Shown here one piece after another: positions 40,070 through 53,430 of a stretch of DNA of 64,000 bases; the stretch's first letter is position 1; every line of letters begins with the position of its first letter. A model generated the notes under the pieces. The model ran no database searches. It was not told the origin of the DNA and saw nothing but the letters and a program-made list of their open reading frames with translations. The DNA comes from Camelus ferus. Taxonomy: Eukaryota. The translations under genes were made by a program, and so were the position numbers. The DNA lies in NCBI RefSeq assembly GCF_009834535.1, contig NC_045696.1:22508001-22572000 (forward strand). Direction: 5' to 3'.

Positions 40070-41800
40070 CTGTTTTATATTTTCTCTTCTCTTCTCTAAC
40101 CTCCAACACTTTTTTTTCTCCAGCTTTGATCCCAGTTGATGAACTTGCTGCTAATTTTACTGAGAAAATCAAGCAAATTAAAGAGGACTTTCACAAGTTC
40201 ATCCACTCTCTGTCATGATGCCTACATACTCTATTGTCTCTCCTATTACATGCATGTCTGTGCTGCTATTAAGGCAAATGCATCCACTGTCTACCATCTT
40301 TTCTTCCTCAAAGATATATCTTTAGTCCCTCATACTCTCACCCATACTTTGACAGTGGTTTCTCCCTGACCATTTAATCTATCCACATCAGCATACAACA
40401 AGCTATTATTTCTCTTGAATTCTACTTCCCTATTTTACTACTATCCCATTTTTCTCTTTTTACAGAAAAATTGCTTGAAATATTTGCCTGAACTTCCTGT
40501 GTCCAATTTCCACCCAATAGTCTCTTTTGACTTCTTGCCAATCAGCTTTCACAGGTGTCCAATCCACCAGTGCATGTTGCTGAATTAATGTTCAGTGCTC
40601 ATTCCTCATTTGTCTTGAAGTATCGGTAACATGTGATGTGCCGATCATTCTCTCCCACTGAAACACTTACCTTACTCTGACTTCAGGTGACCACACTCAC
40701 CTGTTCCCCTCCCACCTGGGTGGCTGCTCAGTCTCCATTGCTCATTCCTCCTCATCTTCCCAAATTTATATTCAGCCCAACCTCTTTTCCAAACTCCAGA
40801 CTCATTTCTATATTTCCATGTGGATAATTAACAGGTGTCTCAAACCTGACATGTTCAAAATGGAGATCCAGATAATCCCCACCAAAGCTTCTCTTTTGCA
40901 ATTCTTTTCACTTTAGTACATCATCCTAGTTTCCCATGTCAGAAACCTTGGAGTCATCTTTAATTTTCACTTTCTCACATGCCCCAGAATCCAATCCTTT
41001 AGTAAATCCCATCAATTATATCTCTAAAAATTTAGCTGGAATCCGACTGCTTTATACCATTTCCACGCCACCAAGCTTTCCATGCCACCATCACTTCCTT
41101 CTTAGGTTGTTGTAGTAGTGCCCTCATGGTCTCCCTGCTTTTGCCTTTGCCCCTCTACACTTAGTCACAACAAACAGCTGGAGCCATTCTGTTGACTACA
41201 GATCAGATCCAATCTACTGCTTAAAGTCTTCCAGTAGCTTTTCATCTCACTTGGAATAAAAAGCAGACTACTTACTACAGTCTGGCTGTCAGTTTCCTCA
41301 CTGACGTCATCTCTTACATCCTCTATCCATCTTGCTCCATCTTTTTTTTTTTTTAATGATTGCTTTCTTGCTTTTGCTTAAACATACCAATAACATTTAT
41401 GCTTCAGGGCTTTACATGTGCTTTTAAATATTTTTTCCCCTCTGCCTATAATTATCTTTTCCTACACATGACAGATTCCTCCTTCAGGCTTTTGCTTTAA
41501 TGACATCTTTCAGAAAGATGCGTTCTGATTTCCCTAGCTAACATTTGAAGCCTCTTTCCAATACTCCTTATTTCTGTTTGTTTTTTTTTTTTTTTTTAGT
41601 TTATATTTCCTCTTAACTCTCATCACTATCTAGCCTAGCACATATTTTACATTTTTTTATATTGCCTGACTTTTGGTTTCCTATTAGAGTGCAAACTCCT
41701 CAGGGGCAGGGGTATTTGTCTGTTTTTTTCACTTCTGCATGTCCAACATTTAGACTAGAGCTTGCTGGGGATAAATAATCAATACATATTTGTTACCAGA
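40070..41800 (+). mobile_element. Long L2 LINE remnant (about 1.7 kb)
   Basis: ttttactgagaaaat, tctcaaacctgacatgttcaaaa, aaaccttggagtcatctt and tagagtgcaaactcctcaggggcaggg..caatacatatttgtt motifs. Confidence 0.9.
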
Positions 41801-41812
41801 TGAGGAGAGATG

Positions 41813-41887
41813 AGTAATCACCTATGCCAAATATTGCTAAGAGGCAGTGGCTTAGTAATCACCTATGCCAAATATTACTAAGAGGCA
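41813..41887. repeat. Two-copy 34-bp direct repeat with 7-bp spacer
   Basis: agtaatcacctatgccaaatattRctaagaggca at 41813-41846 and 41854-41887, 33/34 identical. Confidence 0.95.
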
Positions 41888-44800
41888 CTTATGACAGTGG
41901 TCATAGGTGACTTTGGCAAGGTCATCCAAAGGGTGTGGTGGGGAAGATTCCAGTTGGAATGGGTTGAGAAAATAGAAGCCATGAATTACCAACCCTTATA
42001 TGTGAAGGGGAGAGAAATAGTGCTGTAGTGGAAGGAGGCATGGGTTTAGGAAGACAGACATAAGGCATATTGGAGTGCCACTGCGAATGTTCTCACAGAC
42101 AGGGAAAAGCTGATCATGTGGGTAAAGAAAGCTGACATCTGTGCAGGAAGAGTGGGCACAAGTGTCGAGGATATCTTTGGATAGAGAAAAGAGACTTCAT
42201 CACTTGTAATAAGAGAGAGCAGGGTATTTAGTATAGATGGCAGAAAAGGATTTTTTGTGGTGGCAAAGTAACATAGTTGTCGTTTGATTGTCTCTTTTTC
42301 TCAATTTTGAGGAAAATTCCTCATCGTTGAGATGAAAGTTCTGTGCTAGGTGTTTAAAACACACTTGTGAGAGGAATTGGATTATGGAGAAAGAGAAGAA
42401 ATGCATGAGAAATAGGCTGACCGAATGATATGGTGACTGTCCCCTTTAACAAGTTCACAGGTGTTTGTTGAGGACCTGTTATTTGCAAGGCATCTCACCT
42501 GTAGGGTAGAGTAATTGGAGGGTGGTCATCACAAGATTGCTATTTGAGTTTGCCTTCTGTTTTCTCCAAATCTTGGTTAATCCAGTTTTAGGCAGCTACA
42601 ATTATTTGAGGCTCTAAGATCCTATTTATTTTATTTTCAAGATCATCAAAAGAAAAGTGGGTTAAGTTGGCCAAACATTTCTGCCAGTATCTACTGTCTG
42701 TCCTCCAATCCCTAAATCCCAAGATAAATACCAGTCTTTCAATGTGCTTTCATGTGTGCAGACCTGACATTGTACTGAGCTGCAGAATCCTGGAGAAAAT
42801 GGCAGGTAAATACAGAACAGAGGAGAACATTTCATCATCATGTTTTTTCCACGTTTGCTCTAACTATTTCATCATCTTTCTTATATTCTTTACTGGAAAA
42901 TAAATAGAAAAGAGCAATTTCAAACCAAGGCTTCCAAAGTTACAGGGTTTAATATACATACATAAATGATTCCATTTTTATGTAATTTTCTATCCTTTCA
43001 TGGATTCTAACCTGTGGTCATTTCAAATAACTTGTAGACTTGGCACATAACTAGACATTGGGGACCAGCTTAATAAGGCAAATTCTACTGATCAAAAATA
43101 ATATTTTTTTTACATTTGAAAATTGAGAAAAAGAAACTCTTATGCTTCTAGCCAAAAGGTCTCTTGTTCTGAGTGATATGCTTTTCCTGACCCAGTAACT
43201 TACAAGTCAAGTCAACATGCTCAATTTTATTATTTTTACTATGGCATGAAAAACAAACAAACAAACCCCAAAATGGGAAAGAAATGCCCTTAAGAGCTTA
43301 ACTAACACAAGTTCAGGGGCCTGGGAAACCAGATAAATAAATCAAGACATTGGCTTTGAACCATGCCAGTTGAGCATTTTCTGGGTCACTTAATATGAAT
43401 TAGCAACATTTAGGGTCAAATAATGTATTTGGGAATTAAAACTGATGAAATTTTAGCTTGCTGCCTGGCCCTGTTTTTTTCTTTTTTGGGGGTGCAAAAT
43501 GTGAAAATCCACAAATTAAAGAAAAAATAGGAGGCATTGTTTCCCAAATTATAAGAGAAAATGATTGAGATTAATTTCATAAAGAAGGAAGATAATGAGA
43601 GTTAAAAAGTAGAATGTAAACAGAAAAAGAATTCTAATACCTGCAGAAGAACTTTCATGGCAATTAAGAAAGAAGGTATGCTAATAAAAAATAGGGAATA
43701 AAGATAAACAATAAAGCTGAATTATTGATGGTTAATTCTAAACAAATGATCATAATCTGCAGTCTAGGTGTGATGAACTGATTCTCCATTTTAAAGTGCC
43801 CACTGTTTCTTTCTCTCGAGTTAACTACTTGAGACAACCCCCCTAACCTGCCTTTACTGATGTCAATTATTTTTTTCTTGAGCCTTCTTCACCCAAACTT
43901 TTCCAAGAACCCTCAGAGTTTACTGAATCCCAAGGGCATAAATCCTCTTTTAAAGGCCAGGTGGGGAGGAATTGGTAATCTGCCCTGTCCGCTGGCACCA
44001 GTCCTGCTTAGGTTGCCAACTGAACCTGCTGTCCAAGACTGATTCGGCTCATTACGATGGACACGTCTCAGTTCATTGCTGAGCTCGTTGCTCGAAGTTT
44101 ATCATGCCCTTCACTTGGGCTGCTTAGGAATACATATTTCTGTTCGAATTAACAGATTCATCTTCTGATCTTGAATAAGAAATCCTGCCTGGGTAACTGG
44201 ACTCAGAAATATGTCAGACCGTGATCACAAGTTAGGCCAGACCAGCTCTTTTCCTGTTATAATGGATTCATAGTGCCTTGCATTGGGCCTGGGTTCTTAG
44301 CCAAAACTCCCCTTCCTTAAATTCTAACTTGTTATTTTCCCCTTCAGTTTCCTATCTCACTATCTGATGTTGGATAGGGCAGTTCTTGTCCACTTCGCAG
44401 TTTTTCCTTATTTTGATTCTTGGAAAGCAGAGTTCTTGTTCGCAATACTTTTCCTCCTCTGTGTCTCTTTCCTCCCATGGAAATTGATCCATTACTTTTA
44501 TGGGGATATTTGTGTGTATGTGTGTGTGTGTATGTGGGGGTGGCTATTAGGGGTGGTGGTATGAGCCCACATTTTTATATTAAACACTAAAGAAGACTTA
44601 CAAAATCAAATAAAAGTTTATATTTCTTTGTTTGAACCTTGCCTAACTAAGGTCACTCAGGTGATAATGTCTCTGAACAAAGAAAATCTATTTCAATATT
44701 CTGTACCTGCCTTATCAGTGATCAGTTTACATTAGTAATAAAAAAGAAACAACAAAAAAAATGACAAATATCCTAGAAAATGATATTACCCAGAACTGGC

Positions 44801-44888
44801 AAGGATATGGTGCTGTAAATACCCCACTATGCTACTGCCGTCAGTGCAAGTCGATACAAATATTTCCATAGGTGTTTATATTAAATAG

Positions 44889-45738
44889 TGTATCATTTAG
44901 CTCTTGCTGTATAACAAACTTCACCAAAATTCAATGGCTTAAAATAATAAACATTTATTATTATTCACAAGTCTACAAGTCAGCTGGGAAGTACTAGTTT
45001 CGGTTAGTCTTAGTCACTTATCTGTGGTCAGCTGTGGGGTAGGGGGTAGCCCTGTTGCTCTTGGCCGGACTCTCTCATGTTTCTGGGATTGGCTAATGAC
45101 AGGCTCGTCTAGGATGGCCCTGCCCAGAGTAAATGGGCTCTGCTCCCTGTACCCAGTTGGCTGCAGCAGGCTTGCTCACATGTATGCGGCAGCAGGATTC
45201 TAGGAGAGTGAGAAGAAGCATGCAAAGCCTCTTGAGACCTAGGCTTGGAATCTGTGGTCCCTTCTGCAAACTATACTGGCCAAATAAGTCACAAGTTCAG
45301 CTCCGATTCCAGGAGTGGAGAAAATGCTTTCACTTCTCAATGAGAGGAGCTGCATGTTCACATTGCAAAAGCGTGTGTCATAAAGTTCTGACTCACTTCT
45401 TAATGTTAGATCGCTGGCAGCTTTTCATCTCTTCTCTTCCCTCTTCCCCTTCTGCCCCACACCTGGGCAAGCTGATAAGAAAGCCTGGGTTCACCGTCCT
45501 TTGGAGCCAATGGGAAGTTCAAACCACTCAAGCCCCTGCCCATGCAGGAGCCTTTACCCCAGCACTGCCTCGTAGCTGCCATCAAACCCTGTGACGCATC
45601 TTTTCATATCCTCTTGGCATGTGTGTATATGACATCATTAATCTCAATACCAAAATCAAATTTGGGGGTTCATCCTGAGTGGCACAACAGCGTGGATACT
45701 TGGTAAATGTGGAGAAATGCAGCCCTTTGTGAATTACA
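44889..45738 (-). mobile_element. MaLR solo LTR (MLT1G/H-like) split by a MER54-like LTR
   Basis: tgtatcatttagctcttgctgtataacaaac..aatggcttaaaa..aggcttggaa..gcatgttcacattgcaaaagcgtg | gcgtggatac. Confidence 0.85.
45376..45689 (+). mobile_element. ERVL solo LTR (MER54/MER74 group) with perfect 5-bp TSD
   Basis: TG..CA termini; GCGTG at 45371-45375 and 45690-45694; ctgggcaagctgataagaaagcc..gggaagttcaaacca motif. Confidence 0.85.
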
Positions 45739-45739
45739 A

Positions 45740-45830
45740 TCAGCATTTGCTACAGTGTGTTAGTCACAAGCAATGCCCCCATTTCAGTAGCTTATAAGGA
45801 CAAAGGCATACTTTTTGCTGATGTTACCCA

Positions 45831-45872
<42 letters not shown>

Positions 45873-46290
45873 TGATGGGCTTCATTCTATTCCTGTTGGC
45901 TGTGGCTGTGCTGTGGCCACTGATGTCACCACAGTGGGCTGGTAGCTGCTATCCACATGTCTCTGTTGCATGGATCATTCTTATTCTGGAATCCAAGCTG
46001 ATGGGATCCAAGCCCTCATCTGGGCCATACAGTTCTAACGTCAGAGGAAAAAGAGGAAAAGAGCTGTGGTAAAAATGCAATGGCTCTTAAAGCTTCTCCT
46101 TGGATGGGGTATAGGTCACACCTTCCTTTGTGCACTTAGCCAAAGCAAATCATATGTCCATGCTCAGTGGCAGTGGGACATGAATAGCTACTCCTTCCAC
46201 GAAAGGCATTATAAGTCACATGGCTATGTATGAATAATCCTCTTAGCAGAAGGGAGGAAATTAATTGGGAAGAATAATATAATCTACCCA
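45740..46290 (-). mobile_element. Old MaLR LTR (MLT1K-like) containing a T39 run
   Basis: atttcagtagctta..aatggctcttaaagcttct..agccaaagcaaatcatatg..aataatataatctacc. Confidence 0.75.
45833..45871. repeat. Pure T39 homopolymer
   Basis: Read directly from the sequence. Confidence 0.95.
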
Positions 46291-48918
46291 GGAACTTTTA
46301 CAAAAAAGTCAGGTTCTTAGTTTTTGATCTACTAATTCTCTATCTTTGGAATTTAACCTAAGCAACAAGGTGTCTGAAACCACAGAGCTATGAGGCAGAT
46401 CATCCCAGCCTTATGCAAGAGTCACTCCCATCAAGAGGAAACTTACTAATATGTTATAATATATTATTAATATACAATATTATTTATCCATTAAAATATA
46501 TTATCGAGGGACACAGCAATATCAAAAAATGTTCACAATATTGTGGGAAAAGTTTGCATAGCAAGTATATACCAAAGGCTTATTCGTTTTTAGAAAGTTT
46601 CAACGATGGTAAAAAACACATAACCTAAAACTTACCATTTTAACCATTTTAAGTGTTTTAGCTTCTTTATTTTTAAGAAAAAAATTATTTATGTAACTAA
46701 GTATTGGGAAAATACCAGAAAGAAACACACATTAAACATTTGTAGAGATATCTCTGTGTGTTTGGTAAACTTTATTTTCTTCTTTTAATTTACCTTTATT
46801 CACTAACATCTTAAAAGAACATGTGGCTTTTGCAATATAAAGAGTATAAAAAATCAGAAGCCATGAAAACTTGGAGATCTTTGATATCAAGAAGTATGGA
46901 AATGCAATTTTTATTTATGACCACAGAGGGATGATAAATAGTAGTTTATAAAGCATCCAGTGTTTGCACAGCTTAAGTCTGACACCCAGTTTACGATCCT
47001 TTAAAAATGTTGTTAATGGATTGGTGACTTTTTTTGTCAGTTGGCACTGGTTTGGATAACACTAATCAAAATGTCCCAAAGCGTGCTGTTGGAATTCCTC
47101 CAAATCACAGGGTAGACTGTCAGCATCCTCTGATATGAGAAGGAATGTGGGTCCTATGTTTTCACAATGTAGACTGTTTTTTTTCAAAGAGTAGAAGAAA
47201 AAAGTAATGTGAAAACACTTTTGTTTTATTGGTACTCAGCTGGATTATGATGTCTAGCTGGTAAGAAAACCCCCCTTTACCGCATCAGCAGATGGAAAGC
47301 AGGAGCTTTGTCTTGCATATACTGTGTCAGGAGTCCTAAGTGCATCTGTGTCCCTGCAGGATGGATGTCTGTGACTGATGGCTGACAGCTCTGGAGGCTA
47401 TAGTAAAAGACATCATCACCTGCCTTACAAAATGTCTGGTAAAAGTAACATTACTTTCATTTTTCAACTGCTTTGTCAATAGTTAGGGACTTCAAAAAGT
47501 TAATTTACACCTTCATTTGATATAACCTACATGACTACATCTAATACTTGGGGCACAGAGTAATTCAGTGGAATATTTGAATTGGAATTATAGAGACTTT
47601 ACAAATTACTTCTCTCTCTTAAACACCAAATTGATGTAGTTTTAAATTAGTAAACCAAAGATATAATAAATTTATAATAAATTAAATGTGGGTATGATGC
47701 TATATCACTAAATTGACAGGAAAAAGGCAGAATATAGACCCTAACTCAATATTGCAGATTATGCTTTTGTGGGTCCCTTTAGTGTAAGGGGCAGATGGCC
47801 TGTAATGTACAGTGTTTCCTGGAACATCAGTCGGTTACATTTGATTCCAATGATTCTAATTTTTAAGATAAGTTAAGAGTTTCCATTTAAGAAGAGAGGA
47901 GTATAAAATGTATACATTTCAACAGATCTCACAGTGGTGATCTTATAAAACATAATTGCTAAAAGAAGAAACTTGTTTAGAAAATTCTTCATGTTCATTT
48001 TATCTTTGATTCCTTTTGTCTTATAGAGATCAGGTCATTCTGTGAAATGATGGGGGAGTTTCATTATTCGCTGTGTTTTCCTTTAAGCCTCAGCATGGCT
48101 TCTACAAACAAAAGCTTATACGGGAGTCTAGTTTATTACAAGGAGCTGCTGTGCCTGGAGGAAAAGTGGTGTAGGAAAGAGGTTTGGAGTTCTGTTCAAC
48201 TGGCATCCTTGATCCAGTTCTCTTTGTTGGCCCCTGATGCAACTGTGGAGATGTCCAGGGCTCCAGGCAAAGCCGGCTTTAACCATGGCTTTGAAACATA
48301 AAGCAACACAACATTCTTCTCAGAAGTAAATCCATATATTGTCCCTCCCACCATTAACACTGGTGAAAAATAACTCCAGTAAAACACTGCAAGCTTGTAA
48401 ATTGTGGTCAGCTTTCAGGAGTTTACAGTTTCTACTACGGAAACATTTGAACGTCAACATTTCTATTAAAATGATCGAGCTATCATATTTTCATAGAGAA
48501 CATCTGTTGGAGTTAAATTTAACATGGTCTTACCTGCAATTAAGACCACAAAGATTTATTCACACACTTGTGCACAGGGTTCAGCCTGCCACACATACCA
48601 GCCTTATATCTTAACGTGAGAGAGGGTAATCTGTGGCTTAGTGACTCGAGACCAAAGGTTATAGAGTCAAGGTAACATAAGAATAGAGAACATAATGTTT
48701 TATGTATGGAAAGAGGCAGATTACCTAGAGTTTTAATGCAGAACAAAGAAAGCTTTGAGACCTGCATGATGCGGGAAGCAGTGACTGTTTAGAGCTAAGC
48801 TACTATGTTCAGGAGAGGACAGCAGAAATGCGATTGAATTCCTTCAAGGTTTTGATCTTCATGCAACCCAATTCTAAACCAATTATCTTATGCTCAAACC
48901 AATTAGCTGCTAGATGTG

Positions 48919-49720
48919 CAGGGCCATACACAATTTGTGGGGTCCTGTGCAAAATGAAAATGCGACATCCGTTGTTCAAAAAGCAGGAAAAAAGTTCTGC
49001 AAAAGGTACTAACATATAAAGTTTTTTTTCCCCTTCCTTTCACAGTTTCTCTGACTTGTCATGATGAATTTTATTTGTTATTTAATATCATTCTAAGTCA
49101 GGAAAAATTAAAAATTTAAATCAGTAGCATGAATTTTACTGTTCATCTTCATCTTGTGCAATACCAGTTTTAATGCAAATTTGAGAGCATTTAGCTCTCA
49201 GGCAGAATCATCAAAATCACACAATTCATATTTTGTAGCCCATACATGCATATGTATTTTATTCCTACCAGAATGGTGGAAGTGCTACTTAAAGCTACTT
49301 AAAACTAGCTCAACTGTTTCACACCACTTTTTGATATGCATGCATTCTATCAATATCCTCTACTTTCAGTTTACTGATAAGAAAGGATTGGAAGGAAAGG
49401 GTCCTACCTTTCCCTTTCCTTCTATGTGATCATTTCCAGCACAAGTGGTAAATAACACAGGGAAGCAACATGAGTAAGAAAGGATATGATGGTGTTCCTG
49501 TGCCATTTCTGGGCCTGAGGACACTACTACTTTCTTTCTGCATATGAGCAAGTGCTGGTTGGAGTGAGTAACGTGACCTCTCAGAGCTGTCGACATTCCC
49601 ATGTAGTCGTAAAGGTCACGTGCTTACTTGGACTCAGTCTTGTTGAACTCCCACACATCTTGGGTCCACCAGAATTCTCTGCTCAGGGGCATCTTGAATG
49701 CTATTTTCAAATGGCAAACG
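48919..49720. mobile_element. MER45B-like hAT-Tip100 DNA transposon (one end seen)
   Basis: cagggcc..aatttgtggggtcctgtgcaaaatgaaaatgcg..ttgttcaaaaagcaggaaaaaag terminus and characteristic interior. Confidence 0.85.
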
Positions 49721-49796
49721 GACTTAAGTAATAATTAACTATCTAAGGTAGTTATTATTGCTATTACTATCACTATTGTTGTTATTGCTTGGAGAT

Positions 49797-50162
49797 TGTT
49801 TTAGTCCATCTGGGCTGCCATAACAAAATACCATAAATGGAGTGGCTTATAAACAGCAAGCATCTCTTTCTCACAGTTCTGGGGGCTAGAATTTCAAATT
49901 CATGGTGCGGGCAGGCTGAGTGTCTGGTGAGAGCCTGCTTCCTGGTTCATAAATGGCCACTTTCACTGTGTCCTCACTTGGTGAAAGGGTCAAGAGATCC
50001 TTCTCTGGTTTCTTTTATGAAGGCACTAGTCCTATTAATGCAGGCTCTGCCCTTGTGACCTAATCACCTCGCAAAAGCCCCACCTCCTAATACCATCAAC
50101 TTTGGGGGTAGGATTCACCTCAAGGTGAATTTGTGGGGTGCACAAATATTAAGACCCGATCA
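49797..50162 (-). mobile_element. MaLR solo LTR (MLT1A-like)
   Basis: tgttttagtccatctgggctgccataacaaaatacca..gacctaatcacctcgcaaaagccccacctcctaataccatca. Confidence 0.92.
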
Positions 50163-50542
50163 GTGATAGAACTCACCCCCCCTTTAGGTTGGCCATGTCC
50201 TCAAACACTTTTCATGATAGAATTGTTCATGCGTTCTGTTTCTTCTCTGCTTAGCATTATCTATTTTGTTGACCATGTCCAGTGTTTCTCATCCTGACTG
50301 ATTTATTGGTCAAAGAAGAGAACAGAGCCAGTGGGAGGAGGTAGATGTAGCTTGCTGAGAAATACCACTCTTACCTGCCCCTTCCCCCCCTTTTTGTGAC
50401 CCTTTCCACTTAGTCATATTTGTCCTGTTTAGAGTTCTTCCATCACCTAGAGAACATGATGCTCTAGAAATGTGGTTCTAATACTTGTGATTAAACTTTT
50501 TATTTTCTGAAGATTTTAGATTTTAATATTTATATTAACTCC

Positions 50543-51051
50543 TTACAGGAGGCTAAAACATGGTCCCCCCAATGATGTCCATGCCCTAGTCCCTAGAAAC
50601 CTGTGAATATGTTACTTTACATGGTAAAAGGGACTTCATAAATGTGCTCAACTTTAGAATCTTGACATGGGGAGATCATCCTGGATTATCTGGGTGGGTC
50701 CAGTGAAATCACAAGGCTTCTTTTAAGAGGGAGGCAGTAGAATCAGAGTAAGAGAGAGAAGATAAAGGAAGAAGAGGTCAGAGAAGAGGGAAGACACTAC
50801 ACTGCAGACTATGAAAATGAAAGAGGGAGCCGCGAGCCAAAGGTTGTAGGTTCCCTCTAGAAGCTGGAAAGGACAAGGAAACAGATTTTCTCCTGGAGTC
50901 TCGAGGGAACTAGCCTTGCTTGTACCTTAATTTTAACCAATGAAACTTATATTGGACTTCTGACCTTTAGAACTATGATAATAAATTAGTGTTGTTTTTG
51001 AGCCACTAAGTTTGTGGTATCACGTGGCAGCAGCAATAGGAAGCCGATACA
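50543..51051 (+). mobile_element. MaLR solo LTR (MLT1D-like)
   Basis: acctgtgaatatgttactttacatggtaaaagggactt..atcctggattatctgggtggg..ctagaagctggaaagg..cagcaataggaagccgataca. Confidence 0.92.
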
Positions 51052-51339
51052 CCTCTCTTCTTAATAGTTTTGATAATTAAAATATTTCCCCTCAGTAGAT
51101 GGATTATTCTACATAATAAATTCTAATGTTGTGATCCTAACAGAAGAATTTTGGTCTTAGTGTAGGTTGAGTACCTCTAGAAGCTTCTGAATATTCTGCT
51201 TTTACTAACCCAGTCTAATGAAATTATATGACATAGATCACCTTTCACTGAATCCTATAAAAACTGCAGAACACAGTTGATGATGAAAGTAAGGAATTCA
51301 TTTTAGCCTGTTACCTAATGTTAACATGTTTGATGTTAA

Positions 51340-52680
51340 ACTCTGACCAAGAAGATGTGTATGATACAAAGAGGAATACTTGACCTCACGGAGTTTATGA
51401 GCTACTAGTGAAGTAAACAATCTGCAGATAACTGCAATACAAGTTAAAATGTAAGTGCCATGAGAGAGCTATCATGTGACATTGAACTTAATGTAAGAAA
51501 GTAATATATTCTGGATGACAGAATGGGAAGGTCATCAGACTGGACACCATGATATACTTGTTACTTGCGTGGAACTTTAGGTAATGGGTGGGAATTTATT
51601 AGGTGAAGATGGAAGGAGTAGTGAGAGAAAAGGATGTTTCAGGTGAGAGAAATAATGTGAATAAATGACAAGTAAAATCATACAGGTCTTAATTTAGGAA
51701 CGGATTAAGAATAGCCTATTCCAGATAAGGAATAGACAGGATTGTTGGGAATATAGTCCAAATAAAGGATCTAACAAGAGATAGGGTGGAAAGGTGGAGA
51801 GCACTCAGTCCAGAGGACATTGAATGCTAGTGTTTAGAAGTTTTGGACTTGGATCTACAGGCAAAGGAGTTTGATGAGTTTATAGAGCCTAGGAGAATCA
51901 TAGATAGAGATTTTCTAGAGTGGGCTTAAATATATGTGCCTGAAGAGAGGTTTAGAGCCAAAAAGCTAAATTTTATTTATGATTTTGCCCTCAACTTGGA
52001 TAATTCTTGTTTTGTTCATCTGTAAAGCTTGTTTTGAAATAGATTGTGAATGAGATACTTTTAAATTTAATAATCTGCAACTCTGTGATACTGGGCTTAA
52101 CTTGGGGAAATGCAGAGATGTCACACTTTAAATTGTGGAAATAGTTGGGACTGCAAAGGGAGTAAGTATAAAATGAGAAGAAAGAGCAGCAAGGATAGAG
52201 CATCAAGGGACATGTAGGTAAGTGGGAAGAACAGGAAGTGGAAACAGAGAAGGGAACCAATGAGGTACTCACAAGCAAAAGAGCTCAGGGTCAGGGAAGC
52301 CATCGGAGAGGAGAGGAGGATGCCAAAAAGGGCAAGGGTCGGGAACTTTTAGCTTGTTTATGTGCTGAAAGAAAGGTACGATTCAAAATTAAAAAAAATA
52401 CTGCAAGAAGATTTCAGATGGGCAAGATTTTCTAAAGAGATGGAAGAAATACAAGCAAGGATGCTGTGGTGAAGGTAGATACAGAAAGAAGGAGGTCCTC
52501 TTCCTTCTTACAGAAGAGGAGATGACAAGGTAAGGATTTAGGGACACCTTGAGAGGGAGCCTGGTAAGGTGAAGAATTTCAGGATGCACAGCTTCCACAT
52601 TCTTCATGTGATGAGGTGATTGAACTTGCTGAGAATGAAAAAAGGTTGTTGAATGGTAGAGAATTTGAAGGAAGAGGGAA
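51340..52680 (-). mobile_element. Highly decayed L2 fragments
   Basis: tgacctcacggagttta..cagataactgcaatacaag..taagtgcca; purine-rich L2-like body. Confidence 0.55.
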
Positions 52681-52789
52681 ACAGGACAACCACTGCTGCA
52701 AGTCCAAATGAGAGTTAATAAAACTAAGACTAATTTTAATTAGGATCAAAATAATAAAATTAAATCATAAGTAATACAAAAATTAAAAA

Positions 52790-53430
52790 GTGGTTTACAA
52801 AGGGGACTAATGAAGAAAGCTTGCTTTACCAAATGTTAAAACATACAACAAGGTTGCAATAATTACAGTATCATGAATTTGCAGCATGGCCAGGCTGACT
52901 GACTGGTGGCTCAACATACATAGTCCAGACATGGATTTGAGTGAAGATAACAAGTTAGCATATGATGAGGAAGATACTAAGGATCAGCAGAAGAAGGGGT
53001 GGATTTTTCAAAATATGATATGGATCAGCCTTGTAAAATTGCTAACATTTTATGACTGTTAGAAACCAGGCTAACCTTGTAAAAATAATAAAGTCCAAAC
53101 TTTTCCTTATTCCACATACACAAAATTACAAGTGACCCAGAGAATTTAAGTGTAAAAACAAAATTATAAAAATGCAGAAAGTAAAAATGGTGAATAGTTT
53201 GATCACTTGAGGTAGGTGATTCTTTATAAGCATGAAAACAAATCCGAAACTTAAAGGAAGATACTGATAAATTTGATTCCCTATAAAATTTTTTTTAATA
53301 GTTGGTGAATAGGAGAAATGGGAAGTGTGTTAACTAAAATGTTAACAATAATTCTCCTTGGATAGTGGGATGTTAGTCATTTTTGTTCTCATTTGTACAC
53401 TTTTTTGTATTTTTCTCAAGAAAAGAAATT
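52790..53430 (+). mobile_element. Very old L1ME-like ORF2/3' remnants
   Basis: ttgctttaccaaatgttaaaacatac..gcaataatta; ccttattccacatacacaaaatt; aaggaagatactgataaatttga. Confidence 0.65.

Larger units (their letters stand above)
44750..46850 (+). mobile_element. Very old L1ME-like remnant (44750-44888 and 46290-46850) interrupted by an LTR stack
   Basis: ctggcaaggatatgg..actatgctactg before the stack and tttgatcctactaattctctatctttggaatttaacctaa after it are colinear L1 ORF2-end motifs. Confidence 0.55.

Noticed and set aside
41813..41887. CRISPR-like repeat-spacer-repeat
   Set aside because: Only two copies, a 7-bp spacer, mammalian context and no cas genes.
45133..45594. 153-aa ORF
   Set aside because: Lies wholly within MLT1 and MER54-like LTR sequence and crosses their junction.
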